DNA of 64,000 bases from Octopus vulgaris. Lineage: Eukaryota. The DNA is taken from the NCBI GenBank assembly GCA_951406725.2, contig OX597817.1:33728001-33792000 (forward strand), in the 5' to 3' direction. The position numbers and the translations under genes were made by a program. The notes beneath the pieces were generated by a model. It was given only the letters and a program-made list of their open reading frames with translations, had not been told where the DNA came from and searched no databases. This document shows positions 27,607 through 40,649 of this stretch, in pieces; within the stretch, counting starts at the first letter, position 1, and each line of letters begins with the position of its first letter.

Positions 27607-27656
27607 TTTATTAAACAACAGAACAAAACAGTTTACAAATATTTAAAATCTTTATT
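27607..27656 (-). promoter_or_regulatory. Two candidate AATAAA polyadenylation signals for the PDIA5-like gene
   Basis: tttatt on + at 27651-27656 and 27607-27612, just 3' of the stop; the region is AT-rich, so a chance match is possible. Confidence 0.4.
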
Positions 27657-27667
27657 GAAATAGTGCA

Positions 27668-27810
27668 TCACAGCTCTTCTTTTACAAATGATTTTAAGAA
27701 CTTGACAAAGCTATTCTTTTGATTGTTACCTGAATAATTCTGAGAGAATTTTCCATTTTTGTAAAGTTTGAAACTTGGGTAATCTTTTACTTTTTCAGTT
27801 ATACATAAAT
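27668..27810 (-). CDS. PDIA5: PDIA5-like terminal coding exon (DLCITEKVKDYPSFKLYKNGK...FLKSFVKEEL*)
   Basis: ttttcag acceptor; YPSF cis-Pro motif; KEEL ER-retention signal followed by TGA. Confidence 0.93.
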
Positions 27811-28272
27811 CTGAAAATACAATTTACAAACATATTATATAATTTTTTTTTAAACAGCATCAAAAGTGTTTATAAGTAGAGGACTAAATTCATACAACAA
27901 CTGAATGATGCTTTTGTGCACATACAATAAAACAATGTAAATATTACCTAACACTAGTAAATTATACAAGACATATAGACAATTTAATTCACCAAATTTG
28001 ATCTTATTTCAATACAAACATGTAAAGCTTTCATCTCCCTCTAAAAATTATTGCTTAAACATGTGTCTGTAAGTGAAAGTGTGTAAGTGTGTGTGTTTAG
28101 GGGTTTATATTTTGTGGCTTCTTATTGACTTTTATCAAAAGCAATGGGTATATATTTATATACGCCAAGCCATAGAAACCATACCAGATCAAACTCGAAC
28201 TGTGTATAGCTCTCCAGCTTCAGTCAAACTGTCTAACCAATGCCAGTATGGAAAGCAGACACTAAATAATGA

Positions 28273-28705
<433 letters not shown>

Positions 28706-28968
28706 TAGTTGAAATTTACAGAAAAGCAAAAGACAAAGATAGGTGTATGAATAAGCAGGTGTATTAGTTTGATGCTCAGGAAAGTGAGAAAGTCTTTTAC
28801 ATTTCGAGCCTACACTCTCCAACAGAAAGGAATATGAGAAAATAAACACAGAAAGGATAAAAAAAAACTTGTGGATTTAGTGATCAGGCATGGTAGGTCA
28901 TTAAGAATGAAATGTCCAATTTTGAACTGAAAGCTTATTTTACTTTGTCTCAACAAAAAGCAATGCAG

Positions 28969-29450
28969 TTAATCAAAGTATGCACCTAATCTCCTGCAAC
29001 TCTTCTGGATGGTCTCCTTCTTTAAGTTGGTGAATGTTGCCATAATCCTTGCCTTCAGTTCATCTTTGTTGTTACAAGGAATTTTGTTGGCCTCTTGCTC
29101 AACTACACTCCACACATAATAATGAAGGCGGTTGCAGTCTGGGGAGTTAAGCAACCAGATGTTAGGAGTGGTGTGGTCACAGAAATTGTCTGACAGCCAT
29201 GACTGGGTTCTCCTGCTTGTGTGGCATGGTGCAGAGTCCTGCTGCCAAACATAGGGTCTTTCAGCACCCACCTTCTTCACCCAAGACAGCATTACTTCCT
29301 CCAGGCACTTGATGTAGGCCTCCGTGTTGAGCCTGAGGCCATGTGGAAAGATGAATGGAGGCATAACATCACCATCTTTGTCATCACTCCAAACACCATG
29401 ATGTTGACTGGCTGTTTGATTTTTATCACTTTCGGCATGATTTTTATCAC
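28969..29450 (-). mobile_element. Tc1/mariner DD37D (maT-like) transposase fragment, inactive
   Basis: VWQQDSAPCH...W..NSPDCNRLHYYVW; 37 residues separate the second D from the third catalytic position, which is H here. Confidence 0.85.
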
Positions 29451-30334
29451 TCACAATATTTTTTATTAACAAGAATGAAAGCTCTCCCCTTTTCAGCCCC
29501 AAAACTTATTAACAGAGCACTGACTATATATATTACATATATATTTAAATAAATTTCACTTCACAGAGACAATACCAATGGTCACTAAAGAGAGTTAGAA
29601 CGTCATGACAATAGAGTTTAAACAGTAAATTGATAATATTAATGGAAAAATTAGACAAGAGTTAAAAGATATGAGGGAAGTCAATTTTGATGACTACAGA
29701 ATATGAAATTGTAAACAGCAATATTTTGTGAAGGATGATTGTTTGACAAAGATCTCAGTGGAAGATGACATCATCCTCATCATTGTTGTTTAACATCTGC
29801 GTTCCATGCTAGCAGGGGATGGACGGTTCGACTGAGGACTGGCGAGCCACAAGGCTGCACCAGGCTCCATTCTGATCTGGCAAGGTTTCTACAGCTGGAT
29901 GCCCTTCCTAATGCCAACCACTCTCAGAGTGTAGTGGGTGATTTTACATGCCACCGGCATGAGGGCCAGTGTAGCAGTACTGGCAACGACAACACTCAAA
30001 TGGTGCTTTTTACGTGCCACCTGCACAGGAGCCAGAATGGTGGCACTGACAACAACCACACTCGAATGTTGTTTTCCATGTGCCACCAGCACAGGTGCCA
30101 GTAAGGCAACACTGGCAACAATCATGCACAAATGGCGCTTTTTACATGCCACCAGCATAGGAGCCAGTCAGCAGCCCTGGCAACGATCATGCTCGGATGG
30201 TGCTTTTATGTCTCTATTATATTCTGATTGATTTTAATACTTTATAAGTGTATATTAATAGTTACCTATTTCACATGAACAAGAATATGTATTAAAAAAA
30301 CCTGTGGGATATATTTAGAAAATAATAAACCTAC

Positions 30335-30561
30335 CTGAATTAAAATCACAATTAACAGCTGCAAAAGCAAAACTTTTATGTTTCACCATTTCCTCTGCAG
30401 TTGTGAGAAACTCATTTTTAATCTGTTCACAGTTGGAGCATTTAGTGACATGGAATGCCACGAAGACATGTGTGTTTGTAGATAATGTTTTCTTGAAGTT
30501 AGCTGCATTTGGATTATAAGTGTTACTGGATGATGATGAGTGCCAATTATCTACCAATGGG
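30335..30561 (-). CDS. PDIA5: PDIA5-like exon, extra Trx domain 2 with CSNC (PLVDNWHS...VAFHVTKCSNCEQIKNEF...FAAVNCDFNS)
   Basis: ttttcag / G|gtaggt; 227 nt, phase 2 to 1. Confidence 0.9.
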
Positions 30562-30681
30562 CTGAAAAGAAAATATATCAGAAGTTATCATTAAGAGACA
30601 ATAATAATAAAAATATATTTAAAAAAATACATTTCAGGAAATCTTTAAGATATATGCTGAATTTATATATGTGTGATAAAT

Positions 30682-30999
30682 GTTAAAATAATGAGGGAGA
30701 TAAGTTGAATATTAATTTAATTAATATCAATTTAAAACCAGTAGCCTAGCATATATAAAAAATTTGAAAAATCAGAAAAAATTTCAATACATGTGTATAT
30801 TTAGGGATAAACCACTAGGTGGATAACCAATACGTTGGAAGAAGATCACATATGATCTAACTACAAAGAAAAAATTTATATAATTTTCATCTGTCCTGCC
30901 CGCTTATGTTCTGGTGTTCGTTGAATTTTCTCTGGAGAACATTTTTGTCTTTGTAGTTAGATCATATGTGATCTTCTTCTAGCGTATTGGTTATCTACC
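30682..30999. mobile_element. Short insertion with an internal 54-bp inverted repeat and a 14-bp target-site duplication (PLE-terminus-like)
   Basis: tatgtgtgataaat at 30668-30681 and 31000-31013; arms at 30816-30869 / 30948-31001; related sequence near 8755-8890 and 12700-12790. Confidence 0.6.
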
Positions 31000-31976
31000 T
31001 ATGTGTGATAAATAAATAAGAAAAGAACATATATCATAACAGCTGAATTATCTGCAGATGTTACCTTTGAAAACAATATCTGAATTTCCAACAAAAAACA
31101 GAAGAAAACCCCATTAATATCAGTTGAGTTCATGAAAAGATGTTTAATACAATTAAATTAGTAAGAGCATAATAAGCACAGCAAGCAGAACTACTAAGAA
31201 ATATCATGTAGAAAAAGTATCAAGAAATAAAATGAACACCTAAAGTTAGAGGAGACAATTTCACTTTGCAAAACTTTCTGACCATTCAGGTAGAATGAAA
31301 CCAACTGACATTCAGGGAAAAGTTCATCTCACAAAGCATAACAGATTCAACCTTTAAATGCATGGCTTTTAAATGAAAACTAACACACATGAAGTTAATG
31401 AAGCCAACAATGACATTTCTCAAGTATGAATGAGACAATTACTTTAACAGACATTTATCAAAGCCACAGTAAACACATTTATATATCAAACATTCATTAC
31501 TCTTCAAACTAAAAAAAAGAACATTCAATAAATTCTGTACTAAATTTACAAAGATTAGGGAAGGTTCACTAATTAAATTAATTTTCAAATAGCTTTGGTC
31601 CACTCCTACACTTTTTCATCTTATCCAAAGTTATTGAAGATATGATTTATATTCAAGCAATATCTAACAACACTATGTAATAATTCTGGATGTAGTATAA
31701 TTGTTTTGAACAAACTCTGCCTATTGCTTTCCTCTCTTACTCTAAATTATAGCAAATATTATTTACAATGCAATAATGTATTCAACATCGCATGTTACAT
31801 AGGTAAGAACTAGGTATAAGAATTTATAAATATCCTCCTTACACATTAACAACTGAGCTTTGAAAGGCAAAGTTAACTCGGCAAAATTAGAATTTAGTAT
31901 GACCAAGGGAAGTAACTAAATACTATAAGACTGCCACTCTACCAATTCCGCCATCCATAGCTGTTGATGTTATTAA

Positions 31977-32358
31977 TCTCTATATATATAAATCTGAAGT
32001 TGTCTGTGTATGGCAGGTTTGGTAGCCTTCAACTAACACTATCTCCTCTGAGACCCTGTAGCGCAAGTTGACCAAAATTGAGAGTATGATAGAAGAAGGC
32101 TTGCCCTTCCTTCTGTAGAAGATAAAATTCAAATCGGACCATGTTAACACCAAAAATGATTTACATCAAAAAGGTGCTTTTTTCCTATGAAAATCCTTAT
32201 TTTTTGACTGCTGTGTTGCCATTTTTGGGTGTATTTCAACCAGAAAAATGTTCACTTAAAGAGAATAACAAGCTACATAATACAAAATTTTTACTTTTCA
32301 AAAATTTCAGTTCTAAAGGGTCGAAACAAACCCGAGCAACGCCGGGCGATACTGCTAG
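31977..32358 (+). mobile_element. Non-autonomous Helitron-like element (second copy)
   Basis: A|TC...cccgagcaacgccgggcgatactgCTAG|T. Confidence 0.8.
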
Positions 32359-33824
32359 TAATGATAATAATAATAATTCTTTCGACTACAAGCACAAAGA
32401 CTGAAATTTTGTGGCAGGGAGCTAGTCAATTACATCAACCCCAGTGCTCAACTGATACTTATTTCATCGACCCCGAAAGAATGAAAGGCAAAGTTGACCT
32501 TGGCAGGAGTTGAACTCAGTAAATTAAAGATAAATGAAATGTTGCAAAGCATTTTATCTGACACACAAAATGATTCTGTCAGATACAAGACCAACAATTT
32601 TGAGGGCAGAGAAGTAGTTGATACCAGTGAACCAAGTATCTGACTGCACTTTATTTTATTGACTCTGGAGGAAAGAAAGGCAAAGTTGACCTCAGCAGGA
32701 TTTGAACCCAGAACATAAAGAACCAGAAAAAAAATACTGTAAAGCATTTTCTCTGGCACACAATTTTACCTGGCCAATAAATATACAAGGCCACTTTGAG
32801 AGACAGGAAAAATTGATGAAAATTAACCCCAGAATATTAGTAGTATTTTGCAGACCCTAGTAAGATTTGAACACAGCATTTAAAGGAACACAGTACCACA
32901 AACCATTTTGACTACCACTACCTTTTAATAATCCTTTCTACTAAAGGCACAAGGCATGAAATCTTGTGGGGAGGGCACTAGTCAATAACCTTGACCCCAG
33001 TGTTTCACTGGTACTTAATTTATTGACCATGAAAGGCAAAATCAACTTCACCTTTAAGTATATTCAGTAAACTTGTTGCTTCTGTATAAACATGAAATAT
33101 ATAATCATGAACAATAGTGTGAAACAGCTGTAAGGTAATTGTAATACATCTCATCAGAACTTGAAATAAGTATTAGTCTAGTACTGGGGTTAAGTTCCAT
33201 CATTATCATCATCATAATAATCGTTTTAACATTCACTTCAACATATCAGGCCATGGGGGAGCGGGGAATATTACCTTCCTTGGAAACAGGAATAGATTAG
33301 CAACAAGAATGAGATCCAGTCACAGAAAATTTGCCTCAATAAACTTTGTTGATGATAATGATACATGCATATGTGGCAGACCTATGTTTACATGCAGGCA
33401 TTACAGTGTGATTGAAAAGTTCAATTCCCAAACATATGGTGCCTTGAGTATCTTCTGCTACAGCTTAGGCTGACCAAGACTTTGTGAGTGAATTTGGTAC
33501 ATGGAAACTTTAAGAAGGCCATCATGTCAATGTGATTATATATATATATATATATATATTATATTAAATTAGAGATAAAACCACTATTAGGCAAATCAAA
33601 CAGTGAAAATCATAAGCCAATACATAGAAATAAAATTAATTAAAAAATATAAAAAATATAAAATATAAAATATAAAAATCCAATTAAAATATTTAAATTA
33701 AAATTAAAATTTTTTAAAATTATTTAAATTAATAAATTAAACTTATAAATTTTAACTATATATATATATATATTTTTTTTATCATTTTATTTATAAGGGT
33801 TTCATCAGGACATTTTGACCGCTA

Positions 33825-33868
<44 letters not shown>

Positions 33869-34152
33869 TCATCATCATCATCAGACTTCCATGCTAGCAT
33901 GGGTTGGACGGTTCAACTGGGGTCTGGGAAGCCAGAAGGCTGCATCAGGCCCAGTCTGATCTGGCAGTGTTTCTACGGCTGGATGCCCTTCCTAACGCCA
34001 ACCACTCCATGAGTGTAGTGGGTGCTTTTTACGTGCCACCCGCACAGGTGCCAGACAGAGCTGGCGAACGACCACGGACGGATGGTGCTTTTTACGTGCC
34101 ACCGGTACGGGGGCCAGGCGAGGCTGCTGGCAATGGCCACGATCGGATGGTG

Positions 34153-34193
<41 letters not shown>

Positions 34194-34384
34194 TATATAT
34201 ATGTATATATATATGTATATTAGCGGTCAAAATGTCCTGATGAAACCCTTGATGGATTGTAACATCATAATGCTCTCAGAGATGCAAAATATAGTGGCAG
34301 AAACATCATGTAGTCGAAAACAGAAGAACATGAATGATTGCATAATAAAAAATTTGAATATTCTCTATTCTCTGTTTTCCTTAA

Positions 34385-34605
34385 CCCTTTAGTGTTCGCA
34401 TTATTCTACCAAAATTAAGGTTTTTTCATCCACATTGCCTTGAACTAATCAGGCATTATCTTGTAGCTTTGAGATTTTGATGAGGTAGCTGTTAATTTTT
34501 TAAATGATATTGTAGGGTTGGTGTGAGAGACCAGATCTGGCCATTTTGAACATAAAACAGGGAGAATACTTATGGCCGGATATGGCCGGTTTAAATGCTA
34601 AAGGG
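34385..34605. mobile_element. piggyBac-like MITE
   Basis: TTAA|CCCTTTAG ... CTAAAGGG|TTAA. Confidence 0.75.
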
Positions 34606-34617
34606 TTAAACTTATTC

Positions 34618-34665
<48 letters not shown>

Positions 34666-35127
34666 CGTAGCTGTTTGGTAAGTAGCTTGCTTACAAACCA
34701 CATGGTTCTGGGTTCAGTTCCACTATGTGGCACCTTGGGGCAAGTGTCTTCTACTATAGCCTCGGGCCGACCGAAGCCTTGTGAGTGGATTTGGTAGACG
34801 GAAACTGAAAGAAGCCCGTTGTGTATATATATGTATGTGTGTGTGTCTGTGTTTGTTCCCCCATTTTCGCTTGACAACCGATGCTGGTGTGTTTACATCC
34901 CAGTAACTTAGCAGTTCAGCAAAAGAGACCGATAGAATAAGTACAATGCTTACAAAGAATAAGTCCTGGAGTCGATTTGCCCGACTAAAGGCGGTGCTCC
35001 AGCATGGCCACAGTCAAATGACTGAAACAAGTAAAAGAGTGCGTGTGCGTGTGTATGTGTGTGCGTGTGTATGTGTGTGTGTGTATGTGTGTGTGTGTGT
35101 GTATGGGTTTGTGTGTTTGTTTATATA

Positions 35128-35610
35128 CAGGGTGTTCAGGCTAAATTTGTCAGTTTGTATAAAAAGGAAAAGAAAACAATATCCCAACCCCAAATTTTTT
35201 TTTTTTAAATCAAAAGATCAACTACATTAAGGCTGAGAGATAACAGTTCACTCAAAGTAGTCACCTGCAGCTTCCAGCATGGCCTCAAGATGGCTCTAGA
35301 ACCTGGAGCATGCATTCCTCATTGTGCCCCTGTGAAAATCTTCAAACACCTCTTTGATCTTGGCCACAAGCTCAGCTTTGGTGTTGAAGAAAGTGTGGTT
35401 GGTGTCTTTCTCAACTGCATCCCACACACAGCAATCCATGGAATTACAATCAGAAGTATGAGGAGACCAGAAATTAGGGCTGGTGAAGTCAAAGAAATTA
35501 TCTGACAACCTCTTTTGAGTCTTTCCAGAGATAAGGAGTTGAAATCTACTACCACACATATGGTCTCCCAGCACCAACCCTCTCAAGAGTTTGTTGACCA
35601 GTCTCCAACA
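35128..35610 (-). mobile_element. Second DD37D/maT-like fragment with one terminal inverted repeat
   Basis: FW.P...DCNSMD..VW..VE; TA|CAGGGTG terminus at 35126-35134. Confidence 0.8.
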
Positions 35611-37154
35611 GCTTTTGTGTGTGCGTGTACACACACACACACACTGGTGTAAACTGCTGAGTTAATACCCTTTTCAAAAGAAAAACTTCAATATAATTAC
35701 TTAAATAAGCAACAGACTAAAATCACAACTGGAGTCTATATGGTTGAATGATTATGGTTGAAATCAATGTGGGTAAATAAACAAATATGGACTCCTGATG
35801 ATAGCCTTTCTTTGTCATTTCAAAACAACTTTCCTATAAGTTTGAGACACAAAGCCATTGTATAGAAAACTGGTTTCTTTTTTAGCTGCTCTAATATTTT
35901 CCCACAAGAAAAAAAAGAAATAAAAGCCTTGAAAATAATAAAGAGAAAAAATTCTAGCACAGAGTAGGATTGGATCACACCACTGCTGTAACTGAATAGT
36001 CCATGAATAATCTAAGTCAACGCCTCTGTATGGTCATTCAATCTGTGACAAAATAGCAGCTAATGAAAGCAAAATAAAATAAAAATGCACAGACAGCTAT
36101 GAATGGTATCAAAATCATTTATAAATTAGGTATAAAGATGTCATCATCATCATCATCATTTAACGTCCACTTTCCATGCTAGCATAGGTTGGACGATTTG
36201 ACTGAGGTCTGGTGAACCAGATGGCTGCACCAGACCTCAATCTGATCTGGCAGAGTTTCTACAGCTGGATGCCCTTCCTAATGCCAACCATTTTGAGAGT
36301 GTAGTGGGTGCTTTTTACATGCTACTGGCATGAGGGCCAGTCAGGCGGTACTGGCAACAGCCATGCTCAAATGGTGTTTTTTACGTGCCACCTGCACAGG
36401 AGCCAGTCCAGCGGCACTGGCAACAACCTCACTCAAATGTTTTTCCCTCATCTGATCGTGGCCATTTGCCAGCCTCATCTGGCACGTAAAAAGCACCCAC
36501 TATACTCACGGAGTGGTTGGTGTTAGGAAGGGCATCCAGCCGTAGAAACATTGCCAGACCAGACTGGGCCTGGTGCAGCCTTCTGGCTTCCCAGACCCCA
36601 GTTGAACTGTCCAACCCATGCCAGCATGGAAAGCAGACGCTTAACGATGATGATGATGATGATGATGATGATATATGTGTATATAAATATGATTAAGCAG
36701 AAAGCAGGAAAAAGAAAGTTCATAGTAGTTCTTCATAGGTAGGTCAACATCAAATATCCAGAGACTAACATCAGATGCAAAAGAGGAAAATCCAAAGCAA
36801 TCCTTTGTCGCTGTTTCTGAGGTTTGGTGATCGGTAAATGCAGGAGTGTAGATTGTGCAAACATACACATCTACTAAATTGATGATAACAAATGTATATA
36901 AAATAACACAAGTTTAAGGCAGAACTAAAGAGTTACCCCACCCCCACCCCCATAATCCATATCTTATTGGTTTTAAAAAGAACACATTGGATAATACAGT
37001 CTTAAAAAATGTTATGCCTGAAAATAAGATGGGATGATTGGGATCAATAAGATATTTGATTATTGGTTTGTTCAACTGGCCTGATTCAAGGCTAAAAACA
37101 ACTTAATAATTCAAATCTGACAACACACAATGTTAGCAATTTACAAAGTCTCTT

Positions 37155-37189
<35 letters not shown>

Positions 37190-37619
37190 AAGCTGTTTCT
37201 TTCACCGCTTTTGTATGTTGCTTTGTTCTGGTGTCTTGTAAATACAAGTGAGAAATCATCATTATCATTCCATGTCTGTTAATCCATACTGGTATGTGTT
37301 GGACAAGAGAATGTTCATTCAAACAAATACAAAGTATAGTGGATCTCCACTGTTTGACAATGAGAACTTCAATTGTTCTATTCACTGGAAAACCAACTCC
37401 TGAATTAATACATAAATGGTCGAGTGTTTCACAGACACATGTACTCTTAAGGTAACTTTCAGGCAGAATCAGAACGACACAATATGTGACAAAGCTGTAT
37501 ATCTTGAATTACAGATACAATCCCTCCAATGGGCTTCTATACACCTTGTGTCTATCCAATTTCACTTACAAGGCATGTGTTAGTTCAAGGACACAGGAAA
37601 TTACATTTTGTCCAAGATA

Positions 37620-38060
37620 GGTGCAGGAGTGGCTGTGTGGTAAGTAGCTTGCTAACCAACCACATGGTTCCAGGTTCAGTCCCACTGCGTGGCATCTTGG
37701 GCAAGTGTCTTCTGCTATAGCCCCGGGCCGACCAATGCCTTGTGAGTGGATTTGGTAGACGGAAACTGAAAGAAGCCTGTCGTATATATTTATATATATA
37801 TATGTGTGTGTGTTTGTGTGTGTGTGTTTGTGTGTGTGTGTTTGTGTGTGTGTGTTTGTCCCCCCCCCCCCCCAACATTGCTTGACAACCGATGCTGGTG
37901 TGTTTACATCCCCGTCACTTAGCGGTTCGGCAAAAGAGACCAATAGAATAAGTACTGGGCTTACAAAGAATAAGTCCTGGGGTCGATTTGCTCGACTAAA
38001 GGCGGTGCTCCAGCATGGCCGCAGTCAAATGACTGAAACAAGTAAAAGAGAAAAGAGTAA
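37620..38060 (+). mobile_element. tRNA-derived SINE family B (ggtgcaggagtggctgtgtggtaag..., internal TA/TG microsatellite, gtaaaagag tail). Other copies at 105-440(-), 5230-5675, 34663-35040, 43149-43580, 49741-50166(-), 52031-52477(-)
   Basis: Several near-identical copies; A/B-box-like tgtgtggtaag and ggttcagtcc; CORE-like ccttgggcaagtgtctt. Confidence 0.9.
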
Positions 38061-38196
38061 GACTAAGATACCATACAATGAAATTGAACCCAGAACCTCA
38101 TGGAGAACCATTCCAATCATGCTACAGAAAATTTGTATGTCTAAATGTTCAGACCTGTTGATATGGGCCGATCACAATACACAAAATTCAACTTAC

Positions 38197-38262
38197 TCCA
38201 TAATAAATTCTGACAGTTCTTTAACAGTTTTACCCATACATTCTGACACTGCTTCTCCATTT
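38197..38262 (-). CDS. PDIA5: PDIA5-like exon (NGEAVSECMGKTVKELSEFIM)
   Basis: ttttcttttag / gtaagt; 66 nt, phase 2 to 2; paralogous to 51887-51952. Confidence 0.85.
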
Positions 38263-39650
38263 CTAAAAGAAAAAAATCAAACAAATTAGCATGTTTATAT
38301 ATCAAAATAAAACAACAAACATAATCTATAACTGGTGTGTGTGTGTTAATATTATTGGTGTAATGACCTTCCCAAGACAAATGAAATACATCTTTTGAAT
38401 TTGTATTTTTTTTTTTCACCAAAAGATTTTAATTCTTGACATGTAAAAATCCATATAGGTAGAACTGAAGATGCAGTCTTAGGAGAGTACCTTTGAAAAC
38501 AATATTCTTTGTTATACATTTGTCACCTCTTCTTTGAGGGTTGTTATTTTTATTTCCATATCAAAAAGTGGACCTACTCTAGAAAGAACTATGCACAATT
38601 GTCCATGGGAAAATACTAGTTAGCTTCCATCACTTAATGATTATGATATTTAAAATTATTGCATAAAACATTGACAGAATAATCATCATCATTGTTTAAC
38701 GTCCGTTCTCCATGCTAGCATGGGTTGGACGGTTCGACCGGGGATCTGGGAAGCCAGAAGGCTGCACCAGGCTCCAGTCTGATCTGGCAGTGTTTCTACA
38801 GCTTGATGCCCTTCCTAACGCCAACCACTCCGTGAGTGTAGTGGGTGCTTTTTACGTGCCACCGGCACAGGCGCCAGGCGAGGCTGGCAACGGCCACGAT
38901 CGGATTGGTACTTTTTACCTGCTACCGGCAACGGAAGCCAGTCAAGGCAGCGCTGGTATCGGCCAACAATCTCAAATATAAAATGAAATCAAAGACATAA
39001 TCCATATATAATTCTTTCAAATTTTTGACACAAGGCCAGCAATTTTGAAGGGGATTGGTGAGTCAAGTACATTGGTCTCCTCCCCACTAAATTTCAGGCC
39101 TTGTACCTATAGCAGAAAGGATAATCCACACATAATAATATTCTGCTATAGTATGCCGATGTTGGTAATATGCTGTACTTTCATATCAGAGAAAAATGCA
39201 TTTGGCAAGATTTGAACCCCAGACATAGCGAACAAACTACAGTAGCTGCCACACTCAGCTGTGGAATCTAAAAACAAAATATCAATAAATATATGTTTAC
39301 ATGACTCTTAAATTGAAATCTATTCTCCAATCAAATGTCCTAAAAATTATATGAAATAAATGTATCTGTAATAGATTATAACTTTGATTTAGTTCCATAG
39401 TTTATCCGTCAATTGTTTTCAAATATCATTAATGTTGAGAGTATAATAGATTATGTCTGGCATTTTGTTTCATAATTATAATAGTGTTACATAAATGGAA
39501 TCAGAAAAATATTATAGATTATCAACAATGTGGCAAAAAGATAGGTATTTAAATACAATTTCTAAATAAATAGTTGTGCAGTGGTTTAAGAGCAGGACCA
39601 AAGGACATACTGTTTAAAGTCAGTAAATCGAAAAATAATAGAATACTCAC

Positions 39651-39663
39651 TTGAAATATTTCA
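39651..39663 (-). CDS. PDIA5: PDIA5-like 13-nt micro-exon (TGAAATATTTCAA; L-K-Y-F-K)
   Basis: Long polypyrimidine tract ending tttatag, donor gtgagt; restores frame (phase 1 to 2) and the conserved KYF motif. Confidence 0.8.
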
Positions 39664-40037
39664 CTATAAATCGAAAGGAAAAAGTAGAAAAAGAAAAACA
39701 AGAGTAAGTTAAAACAAAAGATTTAAAAATGAAAAAAAAACAGACAGATGGAATTTTCTTAAGAATAAACCAATGATAAACAATTCAACATTCTATTATT
39801 ATACACACTTACTTTAGCATAGAATAAAACATTGAATCATGATGTCTCTTTAAGAATAGATCTAATTAAGTTTTACAAGGAGTGGGTGTTTAATTGTATG
39901 TATCCCAATATATAACTGGTACTTAGTTTATTGACAGGGGATGGAAAGTAGACTGATTCTGAACAGAATTTCAACTCAGAACAGCAGTGAGTTAGATAAA
40001 ACAAAACTCAGATGAAAGCAGAATGGTTAAGAATTAA

Positions 40038-40260
40038 CCCTTTCGTTAACCAACCCAGCTGAAACCAGCTCTAGCTCTTTAGTACAAATGTTTTGTTTTC
40101 ATAAGTTTTGAATTAAAATCTTCCACCAAACCTTAGTCACAATTTATGTTCCTGACACTAGCTTAACGATAACTAAGTTATTTTACTAAATTCTTTGTTA
40201 TATCTAAAATTAATTGAAAGAAAAACAGAGCATCTCAAAAGAAATATGGTAACAAAAGGG
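40038..40260. mobile_element. piggyBac-like MITE
   Basis: TTAA|CCCTTTCGTTA ... TAACAAAAGGG|TTAA. Confidence 0.75.
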
Positions 40261-40649
40261 TTAAACCATTATTGAAATTAAAGATAGAAGTGGGAAGCAG
40301 TGGCAGAGTATCAGTCATTAAATTGATATTTTCTCATGGTCAATAAATTACATGTAATATGTCTGTTATTAGATGTAACATGTTGAATTTGCAAGTCATT
40401 AACGTTTTGATACTTACACACATTCAACAGATATATTCTTAGATATAAAGTTCCAGAAATTATCACTTATTCAACAACAACCCTATTAGATTCTTGGACA
40501 TGGATCTCTCATTTAACAACTTAATTTAGAGCAAAAATCACACTAATAGTACTTTATAAAATATAATAGGTAATCAGATGGGTGCCCAGCTATAAAACAA
40601 CACAGACCCCAGTAATTCAATCTCCCTTTTTTAATACTAACATAATAAC

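Noticed and set aside
29937-30210. CRISPR-like repeat/spacer look of family C arrays (also 50771-50987)
   Set aside because: The spacers are homologous to each other, the arrays lie in a dispersed eukaryotic SINE-like repeat, and there are no cas genes
39812-39861. Alternative PDIA5 exon ending in gtaagt that would also bridge phase 1 to 2 (YLFLKRHHDSMFYSML)
   Set aside because: No polypyrimidine tract and no thioredoxin similarity; the 13-nt exon gives KYF and the exact 95-nt paralogous length
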